Below, piece after piece: positions 36,777 to 46,740 of a stretch of DNA of 64,000 bases. Each line of letters starts with the position of its first letter. The first letter of the stretch is position 1. Source of the DNA: a virus. The translations under genes and the position numbers were made by a program. The notes below the pieces were generated by a model. That model made no database searches. It saw nothing but the letters and a program-made list of their open reading frames with translations, and had not been told where the DNA came from. The stretch lies in the IMG/VR virus record IMGVR_UViG_3300027749_000038; one strand, written 5' to 3'.

Positions 36777-39700
36777 ATGAGTCTTACTAGAGTGCCTATT
36801 ACCATGTTTGAACCTACCTCAGGAGGAGGTTCTATCGTAGGTTTGAATAATGTTGTATCCAATGCCAATTCTTATGTTGTAGGTACGGGTATTACTACTA
36901 CTTTAGATAACACAACTTATGTTAACAATTTGAGTTCATTGGGATTTGTGTCTTCTTCGGTTTTAAGTGGTAGTTATTTGTATGGAGACGGCAGCAGACT
37001 CTCTAATATTTACAAAGCACCCAGTGCGGCAACATTCTCTGCCTCAGTTTCTGCTCCGGCAATATCAGGAACTCATTACGGGGATGGTAGTAATCTTACC
37101 GGGGTATTAAAATCTTCTAGTGGAGGAAATCTTAGTGGAAATTTAACTATCAACAATGGTAGTCTAACAGTTTTTGGTAATATATCTGCAACTGGAAGTT
37201 CTACTTTTGTTAATACAACATTTACGACAACTAGTACCCTGAGTGTGGTCAATACTGGAGGAGGAGTGACTTTGTGGATAGGAGGTAATAATAATGCAGA
37301 TATTGCTTCTTTTTATGATATTGACATCGGCAAAGAAGTTTTGCATGTCGGAGGATTTACTTCCGGAACACCTTATGTTGGAATTAATACTTCTAATCCC
37401 ACTAAAACTTTAACTGTTATTGGTGACATTAGTGCTTCTAACACTTTATTCAGCAACACTGGCACTTTTTATTCTTCAGTATCAGCTCCTTCTATAGCCG
37501 GAAATGGTAGCAATTTAACTTCTCTAGATGCTTCTCAATTAACTACTGGAACTGTTAATAATGACAGACTACCAGCTGCAGGTACTTTTAGTTCTTCTGT
37601 CTCAGCACCAGCTTTAAGTGGAACCCATTACGGAGACGGTACATTTTTAACCGGTGTAAAAGATGTTACTAAATTAAATTTATCTGGTGGTGTGGTTTCT
37701 AATTATCTTCATCTCGGTACTGGAAGTTTAGTAATTTCAGCCGGAGACCTAACTTTAGGCAGTGGAAATATAACTACTCCTGGTTCTGTGGCTATTGGTG
37801 GTTCTCTGGTTAGAAGTAAATTAGATCTTAATAACAAAGTTATTGCTGGAGTTCAGAATATAAGAGGCCATGCAGACACAGGTGCCTGGTCTCTTTGGGG
37901 CGGTTTGGGTACCACTGATACAGATATTAATGGTGGTAATATTGCTCTTTATGGCGGTTCTCATCCTTCCACACCAAATGTTGTTGTTATAAATTCTTCA
38001 GCTGGAGTACCATCTGCCACATTCAATGCTAATGGTATTTCTTTAGCCAAACCCTTGACGGCAAACTCTGGATTGACCTTATTTGGCAATCTTAGTACCA
38101 ATGGTGTTGTTACACTCGGCACTACAACTATAAATGGTAATCTAAGTGCTTCTGGATCTGCTACAGTTGGCTCATTGACATCTTTAGGTCCAGTTACTAT
38201 AAGTGGAACTTTGAATTCTTCTGGTCTTGCTACTCTAGGAGGTGCTACTATAAAAGGAAACCTCAGTGCCTCTGGTACTATTACTTCTTCTGATATAACT
38301 CTTAATAGTACAGCGGCTCAGGAAGGCGGGCAAATTAATTTTAACAGACCTTCTGATAATACAGCTTCTTTTGCTTTGGATGTTTTAAGTAATGTTGCCG
38401 GCAATAATGATAGTAGATTCCGTGTTATAAATGTCCCAGCTAGTGTAGAGTTAATGACAATTTTGAGTAGTGGCAATGTTGGAATTGGTACATCTGCTCC
38501 AGGTTATAAACTAGAAGTCAATGGTGGTTCTTTTTTCAATAACCTAACATCAAATTCTAGTGTTTCTTTTATAAACGGAAATACTAGAATATCTAAAAAT
38601 GTTGTAAATAATGGTTTAGAATTTTTTACTTTTAATAATTCTAGAATGTTTATAGCAGACACTACTGGAAATGTAGGTATAGGAACTACTTCTCCATTAC
38701 AGCATGTGCATATAAAGTCTCCACAATCAGGAACACCTTCTCCAGGAGTAGGCTCAGTTCCATTGTTAATAGAAAATAGCTCTGCTAAAAGTTCTCAGTT
38801 ACTTTTTGGAGTATCCTTAGCTAATGGAGATTATAATCAGCTTACTCAGACTGGAGATCAAGCTATAATATTTAAAGCTGATAGTACAGTTGCTGATAGC
38901 GTATCTGGCAATTTAATAATCGGGCCCCATTCTGCTAGTGGATATGGAATGCGTCTCACCTATGACGGAAAAGTTGGTATAGGAACTTCTTCTCCAAGAA
39001 GCAGATTAGATGTCGGGTCTGGTGTTATTGCAGGAGTGGCTAACATCAGAGGCTTCGCTAACAGCGGTGCATACACAATTTGGGGTGGTTTGGGAACTGA
39101 TAGTGCTGTTGATGGTGGTTATATTCAGATGTATGGAAGCACTCATCCAACTAATCCCCATAATGTTTATTTGGGAAACAGCAACTACGGTACTGCTATT
39201 TCAATATTGAGTGGTGGCAACGTTGGAATTGGGACGAACACTCCCGCGGCTCAATTAACTATTACTGGAAGCGGACAAGCTACAAATACTCTTAATACAG
39301 CTGGAAATTTGGGTGGTACTTTAATTTTAGGAGATTCTAATCAAGCTGGTGGAAATGGAGGAGCATTGATCTTTGCAGCTAATAATCAAGCCTGGAGATT
39401 TGCTGCTATAAAAGGTATTGCTACAAACGGAAACAATAATTCTGTCGGAGATATATCTTTTCAAACTCGAAAAGTAGTAACTGATAATGCTCTAACAGAA
39501 AATATCAGAATAGTGGGAAATACAGGAAACGTAGGAATTGGAAATAATAATCCATCATATAAATTAGACGTAACTGGAAATATTAAAGCTTCTGAAGAAA
39601 TTATCGTAGCCAGCACTGGCAATGCAAACCAAGCGCGTTTTGTTCAGAACAATTATGGAGTAATCCAACGAAACGATGGTACTAATTTTTACTTGCTTGC

Positions 39701-41465
39701 CACTGCTTCTGAAGATCAATATGGTAATTGGAGTGAGAAAAGACCCTTTGCTTTTAATTTAGCATCAGGTGACGTGATCATGGGACATAATGTTTCTGTT
39801 GGAGGAACCGTTTATGCTCCTGTTTTCAGCGGTACTCATTATGGAGATGGAAGTAATTTAACCTTTAATACTGGACTCTTCATAGACAATCAAACTTCTG
39901 GAACCTATGGTCTGACTACAAATCGTCAAATTTCTGGTGCCTCGCCTATTTCTATTGGTGGATTACTTATTGGAGAAGCTGCTCAACGAATTGGTCCAGC
40001 TGTTTTAAACCAAATTTATACTGCGGGTATTTTTGAAGGCAATAATGGTGGATTCTTAGGTAAAACTTCAATCAAAGAAAATTATTTTTATAATTCAGCC
40101 ATTTATAATGGATTTTCCGACTTATCTTCCACAAGTTCTACATTAGTGGAATCCTTAACAGGATTTAACTACTCTCCAATTACTTGGAGCGGTTTGTCTG
40201 GTGTTTGTACTTCTAGTGATGCTTCTATTGTAGCGGTTTGGGATTCTACAGATCTTTGGCTGTCTAACAGTTATGGAGAGTCTTTCGTTCCAGTTAATTT
40301 TGGCAATATCCGTGATGCAGCAGTATCTTCTAGTGGTTCTAAATTAGCAGCAGTTACTGACACCACCAACGGTAATTATCCCGGATGTATTATTGTTGTT
40401 CAAGGAAGTAACATCTCTCATCAGCACTCTGTAACATATAGTGGTATTGACTATGTTGCGATAGATATGTCAACTGATGGAAGAATTATAGCAGCTGTGG
40501 GGTCTACTTCTATTTTAATTTCTTATGATTACGGAAGTTCTTTTAATTCTAAAGGACCCACTACTTCTGCAAATTATAATGATATAGCAGTTTCATCAGA
40601 TGGCAGAACTATTATAGCTGTAAATAATAGGATTAACACCTCTTATGATGGTGGAAATACTTGGAGTACATTTACTCTAGGAGGAGTAACAGATTATAGA
40701 AAAGCAGCAATGTCGGCTAGCGGAGGTGTCTTCGTAGTAAGCGCCGCACGTGACGGAACTATTTTTGTAACAAACAACAACAACCATCGTAGCTGGCTAT
40801 TGTTAACTCCTGGAGGCTTTCCCGCTTTAAATGTGGCGGTTGATGCTGGTGGTAAATATTTATACACTATATCTTCTGGTGGAACGCTTACAAGATATCT
40901 AAACGTAGGAACTTATACACCAGTTAGTAATGCAACTTTGGGATGGACTACTGCTAAAGCAGTGGCAATTTCTTCTGACAGCAAATACATATACTCTATA
41001 TCATCAGATGGTTTAAAATTACGTTGTAATGTTACTTCCACTATTACGAGAAGCAATTTATCCATTATAGGAACCCTTAGTGCTACAGCCCTTTCCGGTT
41101 CTCATTACGGAGACGGAAGTAATTTATCAAATTTAAATTCTTCTAATATAACTACAGCTGTAAATGGAAGCAAGTCTGGTACATACACATTAGCTCTTGC
41201 TGATGCTGGTTCTGTTGTCTCATTTAATTCAACCAGTTCTAATATTTGCCAAATTCCAGCAAATTCTGTAGTTCCTTTTGCAATTGGTACTCAAATGGTA
41301 GTAATACAAGAAGGAACCGGGACTGTAACTTTTCAAATAGTTCCTAGTTCTGGAGTAGATCTTAAATACTATAATAATAAATATATAACATCTGGGCAAT
41401 ATAGTTTAGCTACCTTAGTTAAGGTTGGAACTGATTCTTGGAGACTAGGAGGAACTTTATCTTAA
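36777..41465 (+). CDS. Tail fibre B (1562 aa): GNVGIGT..P shaft repeats, knob modules, BNR-like propeller, C-terminus shared with fibre A
   Basis: Repeated GNVGIG(T/N); YGVIQRNDGTNFYLL...RPF knob; SYDxGxTW repeats; near-identical C-terminal domain. Confidence 0.75.
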   Translation: MSLTRVPITMFEPTSGGGSIVGLNNVVSNANSYVVGTGITTTLDNTTYVNNLSSLGFVSSSVLSGSYLYGDGSRLSNIYKAPSAATFSASVSAPAISGTHYGDGSNLTGVLKSSSGGNLSGNLTINNGSLTVFGNISATGSSTFVNTTFTTTSTLSVVNTGGGVTLWIGGNNNADIASFYDIDIGKEVLHVGGFTSGTPYVGINTSNPTKTLTVIGDISASNTLFSNTGTFYSSVSAPSIAGNGSNLTSLDASQLTTGTVNNDRLPAAGTFSSSVSAPALSGTHYGDGTFLTGVKDVTKLNLSGGVVSNYLHLGTGSLVISAGDLTLGSGNITTPGSVAIGGSLVRSKLDLNNKVIAGVQNIRGHADTGAWSLWGGLGTTDTDINGGNIALYGGSHPSTPNVVVINSSAGVPSATFNANGISLAKPLTANSGLTLFGNLSTNGVVTLGTTTINGNLSASGSATVGSLTSLGPVTISGTLNSSGLATLGGATIKGNLSASGTITSSDITLNSTAAQEGGQINFNRPSDNTASFALDVLSNVAGNNDSRFRVINVPASVELMTILSSGNVGIGTSAPGYKLEVNGGSFFNNLTSNSSVSFINGNTRISKNVVNNGLEFFTFNNSRMFIADTTGNVGIGTTSPLQHVHIKSPQSGTPSPGVGSVPLLIENSSAKSSQLLFGVSLANGDYNQLTQTGDQAIIFKADSTVADSVSGNLIIGPHSASGYGMRLTYDGKVGIGTSSPRSRLDVGSGVIAGVANIRGFANSGAYTIWGGLGTDSAVDGGYIQMYGSTHPTNPHNVYLGNSNYGTAISILSGGNVGIGTNTPAAQLTITGSGQATNTLNTAGNLGGTLILGDSNQAGGNGGALIFAANNQAWRFAAIKGIATNGNNNSVGDISFQTRKVVTDNALTENIRIVGNTGNVGIGNNNPSYKLDVTGNIKASEEIIVASTGNANQARFVQNNYGVIQRNDGTNFYLLATASEDQYGNWSEKRPFAFNLASGDVIMGHNVSVGGTVYAPVFSGTHYGDGSNLTFNTGLFIDNQTSGTYGLTTNRQISGASPISIGGLLIGEAAQRIGPAVLNQIYTAGIFEGNNGGFLGKTSIKENYFYNSAIYNGFSDLSSTSSTLVESLTGFNYSPITWSGLSGVCTSSDASIVAVWDSTDLWLSNSYGESFVPVNFGNIRDAAVSSSGSKLAAVTDTTNGNYPGCIIVVQGSNISHQHSVTYSGIDYVAIDMSTDGRIIAAVGSTSILISYDYGSSFNSKGPTTSANYNDIAVSSDGRTIIAVNNRINTSYDGGNTWSTFTLGGVTDYRKAAMSASGGVFVVSAARDGTIFVTNNNNHRSWLLLTPGGFPALNVAVDAGGKYLYTISSGGTLTRYLNVGTYTPVSNATLGWTTAKAVAISSDSKYIYSISSDGLKLRCNVTSTITRSNLSIIGTLSATALSGSHYGDGSNLSNLNSSNITTAVNGSKSGTYTLALADAGSVVSFNSTSSNICQIPANSVVPFAIGTQMVVIQEGTGTVTFQIVPSSGVDLKYYNNKYITSGQYSLATLVKVGTDSWRLGGTLS

Positions 41466-41466
41466 T

Positions 41467-42236
41467 ATGCTTAGTTTTTATGGTTTAATTGGAGGTTCTT
41501 CCTCAGGTATATCTTATGGATTTGTTGAGTTTACCACCGTGGGCTCAAACCAGACAATCACGTCTGGAATGATTCCAGCTGGTGTGACGAGAGTCAGGGT
41601 TCATTTGATTGGTGGAGGCGGCGGTAACTTTAGTGACGGTGGAAGTAACGGGGAAATTCTGCATTTTCAGCTGCAGGCGTATCTGTGATGGCAGGAGGAG
41701 GAGGAGCGGGAACCGACTATTGGGGCGGCGGATCAGGAGGATCGGGGGGTGGAATTGCAGCTGTTGCTGGCGTAATAGGCTCTGCGATAGGTGGTGCTGG
41801 TGGCCCAAGCGGATCGTGGTCTGAACCAGGGTCTCAAGGAGGCATAGGAATTGACGTTGGAGTTGCAATGGGTGGCGGAGGAGGGGGTTCTGGGTATTTT
41901 GAATTTGATCCAGACGGAAATCAATATGTCAATGGAGACGGCGGACAAGTAGGTTTGCTTCCACCTTACGGCAGTGGTGGAGCAGGCGGAGGATATAACA
42001 CTGGACAAACTCTTCCAATTTATGGAAACAAAGGTGGAGCTGGAGTTAGTGGAAATGGTTGGTCTCAAGGCGGTTTCAATACTGCAGGAGGAGGAGGTGC
42101 TTATGCGATGTTTTATGCTCCAATACAAGGTGCTACAAATTACACAAACGCAATAACGATTGGAAACAGTGGCGGAGGCGGTAATGGTGAACAGCCTGGT
42201 TATTGCAGAATTGAATGGGGACCAACAATTATTTAG
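41467..42236 (+). pseudogene. Gly-rich tail-tip protein, copy B, with a 1-nt deletion frameshift near 41650
   Basis: AACGGGGAAAT here versus AACGGTGGAAAT in copy A. Restoring one base joins ORFs 41467-41688 and 41685-42236 into 256 aa. Could be a sequencing error. Confidence 0.7.
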
Positions 42237-42239
42237 TTT

Positions 42240-42494
42240 ATGAAATACGCTCTAATTACAACATTTGATGTTGAACAACCCTACAGCTTTAGGGAAGTAC
42301 TTTCAGAAAAAATTCAAGGCGATTTTAATGGAGTAATTTGGATTGAATTGCCAGATGATTCCGAAATAACGCCTCAGACTCATAAATACACTGACAATGG
42401 GTTTGAAAAACTTCCAGAGCCTCCTCCCCGCGTAATTCCAACCCCAGTTGACCCCGCTGCCTGCACAAACACAGATCAACCCACCGTACTTTGA
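42240..42494 (+). CDS. Small tail-fibre-associated protein, copy B (84 aa)
   Basis: Differs from copy A at about 7 residues. Confidence 0.75.
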   Translation: MKYALITTFDVEQPYSFREVLSEKIQGDFNGVIWIELPDDSEITPQTHKYTDNGFEKLPEPPPRVIPTPVDPAACTNTDQPTVL

Positions 42495-42495
42495 T

Positions 42496-42937
42496 ATGAT
42501 GGTCGTGACACCTAAACAGTTTCAATTTGGAAGTCTAAATGGAGCAATTTATACTTCCTCAAATGGAGGTGCTAGTTGGTCACCTGTATCAAACACCTCT
42601 GGACCACTTTGGGCTGACGCGGCAATGTCTGCAGATGGACTCTATCAAACAGCAGTAGCAGCTGGTGGAAGGTTTGTATACTTCAAATAATGCTGGAAGT
42701 ACCTGGAATTTAAATGTTGCATCTACAGGTTGGATCTCTGTATCAATGTCAGAAGATGGATCTAAACAAATAGCTGCGGGGCAATACGATCAAATATATA
42801 CATCAAACGATTTAGGAAATAGTTGGTATGTTGATGCTTCTACTTCTTCTCAGATTTGGAGTTCTGTAACTATATCTTTAGACGGAACTTGTCAAACAGC
42901 AGCCGTAACAAATGGATACATATATTGTCTTAGCTAA
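42496..42937 (+). pseudogene. Chimeric cupin-N-terminus/BNR-propeller ORF with a +1 frameshift near 42670
   Basis: Begins MMVVTPKQFQFGSLNGAIY (the cupin start), then switches to TSSNGGASW... repeats. Removing one A from GGAAGGTTTGTAT gives a continuous 146-aa frame. Confidence 0.6.
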
Positions 42938-43193
42938 TTAAAATAAAAAAATTTAAATTCCTAGAAACAACAAGTGACTTATTTTTTGTTTACACTACTA
43001 AAAAACCACCAGACACTTTGCTAGATTTTTAATATATTCTGTCTCTGATATGTTAAAGATCTAGTTTTTTGTTCTTTGGAGATGGAAGATTAAGAAACAA
43101 TAACGCTGATGCTTTTCTTTTAACCGCAGACAGAAGCATCATATATTACGGCAAAATAGAAGGCAGAATTACTAATTGATGTAAGTATTAGAA

Positions 43194-46100
43194 ATGGCTG
43201 CTTCTATTAATTTTCCAGATTTAAATCAAATAACCTGGCAACCTATACATTTTGATGTAGCTGGTGGACAGTTTACTGTAAAACAAACAGATTTAAGTTT
43301 TAGAGGCGGGATGAAGTTGGGGTTGTCTCCTCTTTTTAAGAATTTTAAAGACACCTCTTTTAATAGAAAAACTGGATTAATTTTAAGCAATTTAATTAAT
43401 TCCACTTCTGCCTTTGAAGTACATCAACATCCAGCAATAGAGGAACCTCTTAGAGTTATAGAGACTCCAGTAGCCACAACCTCTTATCCGTATGATAATG
43501 TGGTGAGTATTAAAACTTCTAATACTTCTTCTGGTGTGGCAGCAAATTATCTTTATCAAACTACAAGAGCCGCTCCTAATACTGTTGGTTACCCGGTCAA
43601 TATTTCTGCTAATGATACGTTAAAATTTATATTTGTAAGAGATGAGGAAACAATAGATCCAATCACGGACAAAGATTTGGTAATGGTGGAAACTCCTTCC
43701 TATAATAAAGCCAATAGCAAATCTCCTCATAGGTTTTTATTAACCTGGGACACCTCTACCATTTCTAGTACAGGTTCTTCTGTATTACGATTTGCTCCTA
43801 GAAAATTTCCTGAAAGTATTACTCAAAAATTTGCTTACATTTTAAGCGAAGATGGTATTTGTTTATTTGTACCAAATACTAGTTTTCGATATTTTGTTGG
43901 TTTAAATTCAACAACTACTTCCAAAATATTTAAAATATTTCCTTGGTTTGTGGACGCTGGTTATCCAGGTAGACCTCTTCCAACTTCTGGATTTTTAAAA
44001 TTTATTTCCTATAAACACAGACCAATAGAAGGTCGAGAAGTTTCAAATTCTCATATTACCAAATACACTACTAGCAAATTAGATTATAGAGGAGAAATAA
44101 CTCCAGATCCAATAACAAATGCTAGTCCTTATTTACAAAATTACTTAGGCCAGTATGCCTTCGAATATCCAAAGATAAAAGACGGACAAGCAGCTTATGA
44201 GTTAAATATCCATGGGTTAAAAAACTATCAAACTCCAGAATACAATTATAGTATGCATTCAGACTATGTAGGAGGTTTCTCCGGTATTCAAAGAGTGTAT
44301 GAATCTATCTTTACGGGTACTAATCAAGACGGTGGATTAGATAAGGTTCATCTCGGATATCAGGCTTTTGGAGTAGAAAGAGTTTTTATAAAAGATAAAG
44401 AAACTCCATTTAGTTATGCACCAACTGCTGAAAGAACTCCTATTCAAAATGTTGGATTAATAGAAGATGGAGCTGTTGCTGGACATCATCCCTTTGTTTC
44501 TGATAGAATATATGCCAGGCAAATAGATTATAAAGATACCATCATAGGTCTACCACAACCTCCTAGTATTTCAATTAATTCTAATACTTGGCTTGGAGCT
44601 TGGTTATCTGGCTCTAATACTGGAGATAAAGTTTGGTTAGATAGATTTTATAATTCAGCTTATTATACATTTGATCAAGCGTTGTCTGCTCAGGTTATGT
44701 TATATAATGACCGGCTAGAGCCTAATCAAAATTATATATATGATGTTCCATCAACTCTGTATATGGAACCTGGAGCTTTTTATAAATATTTTCACGTTGG
44801 TCCAGAAACTAATTTATCTTATATACCATATTTAGATGGAGCTAAAAATTCTTCTTTAGGATCTAAGGTTTTAGAAATAACAGATTGGAGTCAATCTCCT
44901 TTAATGGATTCTTCTGTTTATAATCATAATGGCATTGTGCATACTAGTAGATTAGATCTTCAAAATTCTAATTACTGGGAATTAGATGGAACTACACATG
45001 CGGTTTTTCCAGCCAGAACTAATCTTTTAGAAACCAGACACTTTACTACTTCTTTGTGGGTGAATGTGGAAGATTGGAACGACATTCAAGGAAGTCAAAT
45101 TTTTGGAAATTATTATAATAGCGGATATGGATTAATAAACAACAGTGCTATGACAGCTCCATTATTTACTATGGTGGATCGAGCTGGTGGACAGATCTTT
45201 AGTTTAAATTATCAAAACAAAATTACCAATATATCCAATTTACCAACTACACGATCTGCTCCGATTTCTTCTACTAATTTTATAACAGTTAGGCTATTTG
45301 ATTTTAGCTATTGGGTTTTTGATACAAATAACGCTATAGGTTACAAATATGATATCGACAATATTCTCATCAAGACCTTTAATGGAACCTATGAAATAAC
45401 TCAAATAGAAGTAGATGACACCGGAGTGTTATATTTGTATCAAAACTCAAAACAACAAATTACTAAAATTTCTTCAGATGGAGTTTTTATAGACAATGTT
45501 TATTTGAAAAACAAAAATACAAGACGTATAGAAATTTTTAAATATAAAACTGCAAACACTAGAACAAAGCTATTACAGGTTTTAGAAATCTATGGAAATT
45601 GTTCTACAATAGATAATAATGGCAATGTTTGGCAATCTTTAGGAAACAATGTTTATAAAACTGCGTATAATTCTTTGACAGATACTCATGGTTCTCCGAC
45701 CATGTTTGCCACATTTGGACCTGTACAACAAATAACTTGTGATTCTTCCAATAATGTGTGGATACTTCACGACCAAGATAGTATTTCTAGAATTGATAAT
45801 TTTGGCATAATTAAAACTACTCGTATAGGCAAGAGAGCTAATGTAGAAGAAAATATTTGTATTAGAACTACAGAGACTTTTAGATATATTAATTTTGTTA
45901 AAACTCCTATCAAAGGATGTACAAAGTTTTCTTTTCAAGATTTGGCTGTAATCATAGACGCCAGAGACAAAGAATTATATATGATGGACATGAGTGGTGA
46001 TTTGATAGCTAGAACAGATCTGTCCACATTAGACAATTTAAATAATTTTTCTCCAGTATTTTGTGCCAGTGGAGATTTTTCTGGATTTCAATTTTTACGC

Positions 46101-46739
46101 AAATTTTACAAATTTAATAAATCATTATCCTGGAAACTTAAAATAGGTTACCCGTCTGGAACGTCTTTAGAAGACCTGACACTTACCTGTGACACTACAA
46201 TATTGAAACCTGGTTGGCATCATTTTGTTTTAAATTTTGATACAGAAAATCATAAAGCCAATTTTTATCTAGATGCGGTTTTAATGGATTCTAAAATTAT
46301 ACCAGATAATAAACATTTATATTTTACCTATAGATCTTCTTTATTACTAGGAGCAGATTCAGTTAAAAATAGCACTTTAAATGATGTGGTATTAGTGCAA
46401 GATGCTTATAAGTTTATAGGTAAAGTAGCGGATTTAAGAATTTATAATAAATCTTTGGAATTTGGAGACATAGAACAACTTTATCTTTGTTTTAAATTTT
46501 CAGACTCTCATCATGATTTGGTATGGAATATGCCAAGTGGTAATAGACATTATGTAGAAGAAATAGAACATTGGTTTAAAATGCAACTTCCTGGAAGTAA
46601 AAGTAAATATTATAATATAAACATACACAACTTTAACGGAGATGAAAAAACAAAAAAATATCTAGAAAGTGCAATAAAACAAAGTGTTTATAAAATATCA
46701 CCAGCCCATATGTCTTTATATAAAATAAATTGGATATAA
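43194..46739 (+). CDS. Structural protein with LamG/ConA-like lectin domains
   Basis: FTTSLWVNVEDW, GWHHFVLNFD...NFYLDAVL and FIGKVADLRIYNKSL. Confidence 0.7.
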   Translation: MAASINFPDLNQITWQPIHFDVAGGQFTVKQTDLSFRGGMKLGLSPLFKNFKDTSFNRKTGLILSNLINSTSAFEVHQHPAIEEPLRVIETPVATTSYPYDNVVSIKTSNTSSGVAANYLYQTTRAAPNTVGYPVNISANDTLKFIFVRDEETIDPITDKDLVMVETPSYNKANSKSPHRFLLTWDTSTISSTGSSVLRFAPRKFPESITQKFAYILSEDGICLFVPNTSFRYFVGLNSTTTSKIFKIFPWFVDAGYPGRPLPTSGFLKFISYKHRPIEGREVSNSHITKYTTSKLDYRGEITPDPITNASPYLQNYLGQYAFEYPKIKDGQAAYELNIHGLKNYQTPEYNYSMHSDYVGGFSGIQRVYESIFTGTNQDGGLDKVHLGYQAFGVERVFIKDKETPFSYAPTAERTPIQNVGLIEDGAVAGHHPFVSDRIYARQIDYKDTIIGLPQPPSISINSNTWLGAWLSGSNTGDKVWLDRFYNSAYYTFDQALSAQVMLYNDRLEPNQNYIYDVPSTLYMEPGAFYKYFHVGPETNLSYIPYLDGAKNSSLGSKVLEITDWSQSPLMDSSVYNHNGIVHTSRLDLQNSNYWELDGTTHAVFPARTNLLETRHFTTSLWVNVEDWNDIQGSQIFGNYYNSGYGLINNSAMTAPLFTMVDRAGGQIFSLNYQNKITNISNLPTTRSAPISSTNFITVRLFDFSYWVFDTNNAIGYKYDIDNILIKTFNGTYEITQIEVDDTGVLYLYQNSKQQITKISSDGVFIDNVYLKNKNTRRIEIFKYKTANTRTKLLQVLEIYGNCSTIDNNGNVWQSLGNNVYKTAYNSLTDTHGSPTMFATFGPVQQITCDSSNNVWILHDQDSISRIDNFGIIKTTRIGKRANVEENICIRTTETFRYINFVKTPIKGCTKFSFQDLAVIIDARDKELYMMDMSGDLIARTDLSTLDNLNNFSPVFCASGDFSGFQFLRKFYKFNKSLSWKLKIGYPSGTSLEDLTLTCDTTILKPGWHHFVLNFDTENHKANFYLDAVLMDSKIIPDNKHLYFTYRSSLLLGADSVKNSTLNDVVLVQDAYKFIGKVADLRIYNKSLEFGDIEQLYLCFKFSDSHHDLVWNMPSGNRHYVEEIEHWFKMQLPGSKSKYYNINIHNFNGDEKTKKYLESAIKQSVYKISPAHMSLYKINWI

Positions 46740-46740
46740 T

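Noticed and set aside
35038-41487. Near-identical repeat at fibre C-termini as a diversity-generating retroelement TR/VR pair
   Set aside because: The differences are mostly C/T and synonymous rather than adenine-specific, both copies are coding, and no reverse transcriptase is present in the window.
32840-42937. Invertible shufflon-type tail-fibre switch
   Set aside because: The cassettes are direct repeats rather than inverted, and no recombinase or inverted crossover sites were seen.
42938-43193. 255-bp gap as an ncRNA or hidden gene
   Set aside because: No sizeable ORF found by manual reading and no convincing stem-loops; only a TAAGTA before the next gene.
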